DNA of 64,000 bases from Octopus vulgaris (lineage: Eukaryota): assembly GCA_951406725.2 (NCBI GenBank), contig OX597833.1, forward strand, positions 68,758,001 to 68,822,000. Reading direction: 5' to 3'. The translations under genes and the position numbers were made by a program. Below the pieces are notes generated by a model. That model was given only the letters and a program-made list of their open reading frames with translations. It was not told the origin of the DNA and searched no databases. Shown here in pieces: positions 56,521-64,000 of the stretch; positions within the stretch are counted from its first letter, which is position 1; each line of letters starts with the position of its first letter.

Positions 56521-57317
56521 GTTTATATGTCTCCCTAAATGGGGAGCAAATCGTAGTATTTACAATGCTGCATTCAACTCAAGGTCTACAATCTTGAATT
56601 GTAGAGTCCCCAGCAAAATCGAAGTTCTGATGGTTTTTAGAAAATCGAGGTAACACGTTGGTAAAGTCAATGCGTGAAACTTACGAAGAGTAAAATATAA
56701 CCCGGATAAGAAGACAAAGAAAACATCAACCCCGTCTTTCATGACCGGTTTCGGTACCACTTTAAATTTAAGACAATTGTACTCAAAAAATAGAACCTCC
56801 ATCCAGTGAGAGATAAATATATTTTATTGTAAACAATATGTAAATATGAACTAATGAACTACTACAATATTTCCTGCTCTTATAATACACGGTACACTTT
56901 GCAATCTTTTCTAACTATTATGCTATTAGTGCATGAAGCTTAGAGGAGCTTCGTATGCCTATTCATATATATATATATATATATATGTATGTAGCTAAAG
57001 GGGAGAGAGAGAATTCATGCCTGCATCCATACACATGTATACATACTTTACATTTTGTTTTGATATCGTGGTATTCTGTTATTCTAGTACGGAAAGTGTT
57101 TCTGCTAACGGAATGTTGTGAATAACGGTTTTGAGCGAATTCGCCAACAACGATTGGAACGAAAAAAAATTAATAGATAAGTGATTAAATGATGTTAATG
57201 AGCTTCGAGTGTTTTTGAATGGCTAATTGTTTCAACACATCATCTCAAATCAAATTCCTTGCCTGGAAAGTATAACCTCGAAATACATATACGCATACAC
57301 AACACACATCCACCCAC

Positions 57318-57319
<2 letters not shown>

Positions 57320-57399
<80 letters not shown>

Positions 57400-57603
57400 C
57401 TGCGAAAGAGAGAGTATGAGAGAAAGTTATGTGCGTGTATGTGTCATATATATATATACAAACACATATATACATATATATATATACATACACACACATA
57501 TATATATATATATACATACACACACATATATATATATATACATATATATACATACACACATATACATATATATATACATACACACATATATACATACATA
57601 CAC

Positions 57604-57634
<31 letters not shown>

Positions 57635-57799
57635 TATATGCACACACATATATACACACACACATATATATATATACACACACATATATATATACACACA
57701 CACACATATATATATATACACACACACACACATATATATATATACACACACACACACATATATATATACACACACACACACATATATATATACACACAC

Positions 57800-57838
<39 letters not shown>
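57320..57838. repeat. (TA)(GA) and TA/CA microsatellite
   Basis: Direct inspection. Confidence 0.92.
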
Positions 57839-57840
<2 letters not shown>

Positions 57841-58315
57841 TGTTTCCGTTTTATGTAATTTTTTTCCCTTTTAATAGCTGTTTGTAGAATAGCTATTAGC
57901 TGTTTATTTGTATAAAGCAGCAACCATTTTCGAAGCAGAAAATCGATTAGTCAATGAGTGCATCACCAATATTATAAATTCAACTTAAGATTTTATAGTA
58001 TTTCAAATATCATATCGATGTTATAGTTTTCTCAAATTAATCGAACATCTGAAAATATCATCAACATCAATATTTCATGAAGAGTCCTTGAAGCACAGGT
58101 TCGTGTTAATTCATGTTTCAGATAAGCTGAGTATGGGGTACCAGATTCATTTTCTTCGTTGATACATATTTATTCATATGCACGCTCATACATATATATG
58201 CCTATTATATACATATTATTCTTACAGCAAGACGCATACATACGTATACACACACACACACACACACATACGTATACACACACACACACACATACGCATA
58301 CACACACGTACGCAT

Positions 58316-58362
<47 letters not shown>

Positions 58363-58391
58363 GGGCAAAAGATCATAAAAGTAGATATATA

Positions 58392-58644
58392 TTGGGCTGG
58401 TACATAATTATTGCGGCTTTTCTTGAAGAAATTTTATTCAACAAAAACAATAACAAGTAATAAAAACATCTTTAAATGATTATTCCGAAGCATATTCACG
58501 ATCTACTTCAATTACAGCTTCCCATTTGCTTGGCGGACGGTCAGACCGTCATTTAAAGATGTTTTTATCAAATATTGTTATTGTTCTTTTGTTGAACAAA
58601 ATTTGTTGAAAATAAAAAGCAGCAATGATTATACACCAAACCAA
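58392..58644 (-). mobile_element. Mariner-derived fold-back MITE
   Basis: TA flanks; about 90-bp imperfect inverted arms starting ttgggctggtacataattattgc; interior minus strand SKWEAVIEVDREYASE*. Confidence 0.75.
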
Positions 58645-60060
58645 TATATACATGCACACCCACACAAAATACGAGATCTCATTCATTTCCTACATTTCAA
58701 TAAATCTCTAAATACTTTACACTCTTATATAGATAAACGCACATGTATTAATTTGACCACATGTATTTCTATCGTTTAACGTCATTTCAATTTATACGAC
58801 GGCTTGCCAATAAGCTGCAGTCAAACCGAGTTCTGACTGCGCATATAATGTAGCAGACACTGTTTTCTCTTTCAGTTGTCATCAGCTACAAAAAATATTA
58901 TTCTAGTTCTGCACATCTATAACTTATTTTCTTGGTTTTCTTTTACTGAGTACCTATCTTTTCTCCGCTTTTCTTTCATCTTGAATTTCACATTTCGTAT
59001 GTGGTTATTCTTGAAGAGAGAGAAAGAAATTGATGATAGCGAATCGAGAGAATTATCATTTGTGTGTGAGAGTATAGGGAACCGTCTGCTTTCATTCAAA
59101 AGAAAATATACTCCGTCAATGTAAATTATATATTCCCTTCCTGTGTACAGATTAATATGTCATGTTATTTCCAATTAAAATATTCTCGTATTTGAATTGC
59201 ATTCACTTGAATATAGCCAATCAATAAATTACACAAATTTTGTGTTATGAAAATGAGAACAAACTTCGTTACAATTTTAATTCAAATCACTCGCTTGTTT
59301 CGTGGAATGCTATATATACAAGATATCATTTAAATTATTGATATGAATGTAAGATATGTTAACAGATTATTTAATATGCTTATGAATGTAACTAGATATG
59401 AAGATGAAATGTTTTATATTGAGATGATTGTAATAACTCATGCCTTTACAATACCTGAGTTTCGGCTTTATTAATTTAATAGACAATAAAATAGATATAT
59501 TCACATCTCTGGATTGCAATGAGCAATCAACGGTAGAATGCAGTTAAACCACCACAACAATTTGTCATATTAAATATGATGGAATGTAATTAAGAAAATG
59601 ATATTATGAAGATACGACATACACATGATGAACTAAATATGAAGTTAAGTATCGACATATAACGCGTTGCAAAATGCTGTCATCCCAACATGTTGGCCAC
59701 ATGTGGTATAACCACACAGAGTCTGTTCTAGAGCAGCGATTGTGATCCGAGCATGTGTGACCTGTCTAAACCTGGTCCACCGAAGTTCAAACCAATCCTG
59801 TTCATACGTCTCTATTTCAAAACCGAATTTTTCCTAATTAAATATCTGTTGTTGAGATGGATGTGGGAACGGTGAGATTCTATAGACTGTCAGCTCAGGA
59901 ATTTTTTTGCACGAGTTTTCTCTGAAGACCAGAATGCGTGAAAGTCAAAAGAGACATACTTCAAAATGAGGACAAAAACAAAATGGCGTGGAATGACAGC
60001 TACAGGACTTAATTGCACAGCAGCACTCGAACAAATTACAAACATATTCAACATACAGGA

Positions 60061-60113
<53 letters not shown>

Positions 60114-60509
60114 CATATATGTGTGTGTGTGCGTCGTGACTGCGTTTGTGTTTACATGTATGTATGTCTATATGCATGTATGCATATATATACTCATGAA
60201 CGGTATTATATTTTCATTGTAGCAATTAGTGTCTGGAAAATATGACTAGTAACAAAACTCTTGCTATTATAATATATAGAAGACTTACTTGGAAAGATTT
60301 TCATGTTAAAGTAATATAAAAACACGTCCGATTCACTGGAGACATCTTCATTTTTTTCTAAACTAATAGCTAAGACGTCAATACGCCAGCAATGATCATA
60401 TATATATATACATATACCTATGTAAATATATATACACACATATACAAATATAAATATATATACACACATATACAAATATAAATATATATACACACATATA
60501 CACACATAT

Positions 60510-60550
<41 letters not shown>

Positions 60551-61033
60551 TAAATATATATGTCTGTGTGTGATTATATGTACGCATATATTCGATTATT
60601 TGTATGTATGTGCATATATTTCTTTGTTTATTAACATACAAACATTTTCATATATACATTCAACTTTCCATAATTCACAGTCACGTACACGTTTAACTTA
60701 ACAACACAAATACCTGCGACACACGTACACACACACACACACTACTAGACACAGATTACTTACGTACACAAACAGTGAAAAAAAAACCCCAGTGAAATCA
60801 TAGCTACGTATGTATAGATGTGAGTTTATATATATATAACTGTGGACGACTTCATGTCTGTTTTACGGGTTTCGTATGTACGAGTGTGGACTCTTGGAGA
60901 GGAAAGAAATGTAAATAAATGGAACCAGCTGAGGATTTGTATTGCTTGCGGTTACGCTTTATATTTGCATCTGAAAAGTAGCCTACTACATCCAATTAGT
61001 TCACTACATGACTGATAAACACACCAGTCAGAT

Positions 61034-61067
<34 letters not shown>

Positions 61068-61281
61068 CTAAAAGATAAGGGTATTAAACTTATGTAAGTT
61101 ATGTAACTTAATAACAAATACTCGGTAGATCGTACTAATGAGGTCACTTAAAATATAATTGATTGCTTCTCCAAATAAAGATCATTTATTTTTTTTCTCT
61201 TGAACTGAGTACGTCTGTATGTCTGCATCACTCTTCTCTTATCTATGAAGATTTTTTGGAAATTACAATATATATATATAT

Positions 61282-61336
<55 letters not shown>

Positions 61337-61725
61337 GAGAGATATAGACAGAGACATAGATTGATAAATAGATAGGTAGTTAGTCAATTGGTTTGTGATA
61401 AGGAAACTGAATGTTTGACAATTAAGAGATGGAGAGCCGTCACCAAATATTTATTCGTAAGACTACACTGGCACGTAAAATTGTTGCCCTTATTACATTA
61501 CGTTTTTAACAATTTTAGCAGGCAAAAAACCCCTGTATATTAGTTATGGTCTATCTTCATCTCCTTGATCCCAACAAAGCTAGCTTGCACTGATGGAGAT
61601 AGGCAACGTTTTGAGGAAGTCGTTCACCAGCTTCCAAAGAGTAATTTCTTGCACCCAGGGTGTTTATGGAAAAGAATTTACCTGTGTATATACATATCCT
61701 TCTCTCTTTAATCATATACTTCTCT

Positions 61726-61775
<50 letters not shown>

Positions 61776-62252
61776 AAGCGGCAGTCAGCAATGTGCACAA
61801 AAATATAAAGTATTGAATATGATTGAAGGTGCTACAAACAACTACATTGCTAGAAATAAGAGCTAAACGCTCTAATGCAGGAGTCAAAGTACATAATTGT
61901 ATACATACATGCTGAAGGGACTGTAATCGACCGAAAAGAAGCGGCCGTGTTATTTCCACACTGATCGGTAATTTTCGGCTTTTGCCGTATCCACCTTCAG
62001 GTGATTTACCGAATCACGAATGTGTATATACACGTAATTAATTTAGTCACCTGCGTGTGTTTTTAATCCGTCCATACCTATATCCTGAGCAGTACAAGAT
62101 GTTAAACACTTTGAATTATTAAGATCAAAAGACACATAAAATAAATTTTTGCTCTGTTAGAGTTGTTGTGAGGAAGCAGATTAAACACGTGTCTTTAAAA
62201 GGTGACATATTTTTTTTTTATGATAATTTATGCATTCAGAGATAAGCCTGGG

Positions 62253-62876
62253 TAGTTAGTTAGTTAGTTAGTTAATTTGGCTCAAAAGTAAATGGCAAGG
62301 CCATGTAGGGGGACATGGAGTTAAGTACAGGGTGGTGTTCATGTAAAGAGTTCAGGCCACTTGCGGTCCAGGGAGGCTTTGAACAAAGCGGTCGTCGGCA
62401 TCTTCACCATCTCGTCTGGCAGCTTGTTCCACGGATCCGCAGACTTGCCCGACGATCTCACGCAACACACCCTTCTATTTGCCGACGATATCAAACTGGT
62501 CGCTCCTCGCGGTGATATAGAGGATCTTCGTCGATGCCTCCACCAAATTTGGAAGTGGTCTAACGATTGGGACCTGTGCCTGAACGTGTCAAAGTGCTGT
62601 CATCTGCCTGTTGGCTCTCCTCCTGCAACTCAACTTGATTTCGAGCCGGTTCGTCTGCTGCTGGAGAGGACCGATCAGGTAAAGGACCTGGGTATCTTGG
62701 TGGATTCCTCCTTTTCGCCTTCGGCCCAGTGCGTCCATGCTGCCAACAAAGCACGCGGAATTATGTTCTTGATTCGACGGTCATTCGGAATGCTCACAGC
62801 AGCCATATTCCTACCACTCTATGTCACGCTGGTGAGACCCATATTGGAGTATGGGATTCAAACCTCTTCTCCTTAT
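62253..62876 (-). mobile_element. CR1/L2-type LINE 3' fragment with inverted 5' segment
   Basis: Minus: ADPWNKLPDEMVKMPTTALFKASLDRKWPELFT* + 3'UTR + (TAAC)n; plus 62442-62876: RT LLFADDIKLV...VKDLGILVD...YVTLVRPILEYG. Confidence 0.88.
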
Positions 62877-63499
62877 GATACGATTCTGGAACAATTCCAT
62901 GGTGTGCCACTTTGAGCATGTCTTCAACTGTAGATCTGGAACAAACGATGCCTTGTGACGGAATTTAGTTCATTTGACACTATGCGGTGGTTCGCTTCTC
63001 TATCTATCTATCTATCTACGTCTTTGTACGTGTGTGTGTGTATTTGCGTCATTGATTTTGTCTTTAACCGCCTGACGTCCCACATTATTTTATTTCCATT
63101 TCTGTAACATGGCGGTTCGATTTAAAAAGACTAAGAGAATAAGTTGTAAACAGATGAATCTGTGCTGGTACAAAACAGATCCGCATAACATTGTTACTTG
63201 ATAACCCAGCATTACTTTAAGCCAAAATCTGACGAACGTTATATAACCACACTTGAAGCTTTATCTACAATCTTCTAACGTAACACGTTCAATCTCTTAA
63301 TACATTGCCTTATAAATGCTGATTCAACATATAGTTTCTCATCTATAGAGCAGTTCTGTGATGTTCATATTTCATGTGAATGTTAAACTCTACACGCTCA
63401 CACTTTATTTAACTTTGTCTATTCCACAGACATCGCTGATCGATCATATCTAATATCAAACGCACACACATTCTAGCCACACCATGTTTATTATTATTA

Positions 63500-63960
63500 A
63501 GGCGTTGTGCTGGCAGAATTGTTACCAGGCCGGGCAAAATGCTTCGCGGCATTTCGTCAGTCTTAACATTCTGAGTTCAAATTGCGCAGGGTTTGACTTT
63601 ACCTTTCATCCTTTCGAGGTCTATAAATTAAGGACCAGTTCGGTACAGAGGTCAATTTAATCGACTTATCTCCTCACCAAAGATTTCAGGTCTTGTGCCA
63701 ATAGTAGAAAGGCGTATTATTATTATTATTATAGATATTATTATTATTATGGCGGCGAGCTGACAGAACTGTTAGCACACTGGATGACGTTATTAGCGGT
63801 ATTTCACCAGCGCTACGATCTGATTTCAAATTCCGCCCAGGTGGACTTTACCTTTCATCCTTTTGGAATCGATACATTAAGCACCATTGAACAACTAGGG
63901 CGATGTAATCGACTAGTCCTTTCACCCAAATCTTCGGGCCTTATTCCTCTAATAGAAAGC
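63500..63960 (+). mobile_element. Two diverged family B-related SINEs separated by (TAT)n
   Basis: gagttcaaattgc / gatttcaaattcc B boxes; ctttcatcctttcgaggtc motif. Confidence 0.7.
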
Positions 63961-64000
63961 ATCATTATTATTATTATTATTATTATTATAAAGGCGAATT

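Noticed and set aside
58876-59124. 82-aa ORF after a strong acceptor as the terminal exon
   Set aside because: Phase 0 is incompatible with the phase-1 end of exon G, and it has no clear TM/GPI pattern
62361-62915. 184-aa ORF as an intact gene
   Set aside because: Fusion of an antisense LINE tail and an inverted RT fragment; no real start

Overview
AT-rich, microsatellite-laden metazoan genomic DNA. The SINE families and repeat landscape suggest an octopus/coleoid cephalopod (inference, not searched). The window is almost entirely the internal part of one large + strand gene. Seven phase-compatible GT-AG exons (2069-2140, 10140-10337, 13491-13612, 22567-22714, 32806-33093, 45371-45492, 48493-48697; 1155 nt, about 385 codons, no stops) encode three Ig domains plus one fibronectin type III domain, a Lachesin/Klingon/Wrapper/NCAM-like cell-adhesion architecture. 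The signal-peptide exon and the terminal exon were not identified. The introns hold at least four tRNA-headed SINE-like families, a non-autonomous Helitron, mariner-derived MITEs, R4/Dong and CR1/L2 LINE remnants, fold-back inverted repeats and several Penelope-type minimal hammerhead ribozyme motifs. One of those hammerheads sits in the tail of a tRNA-headed SINE-like element. Almost all ORFs in the supplied track are microsatellite or repeat artefacts.
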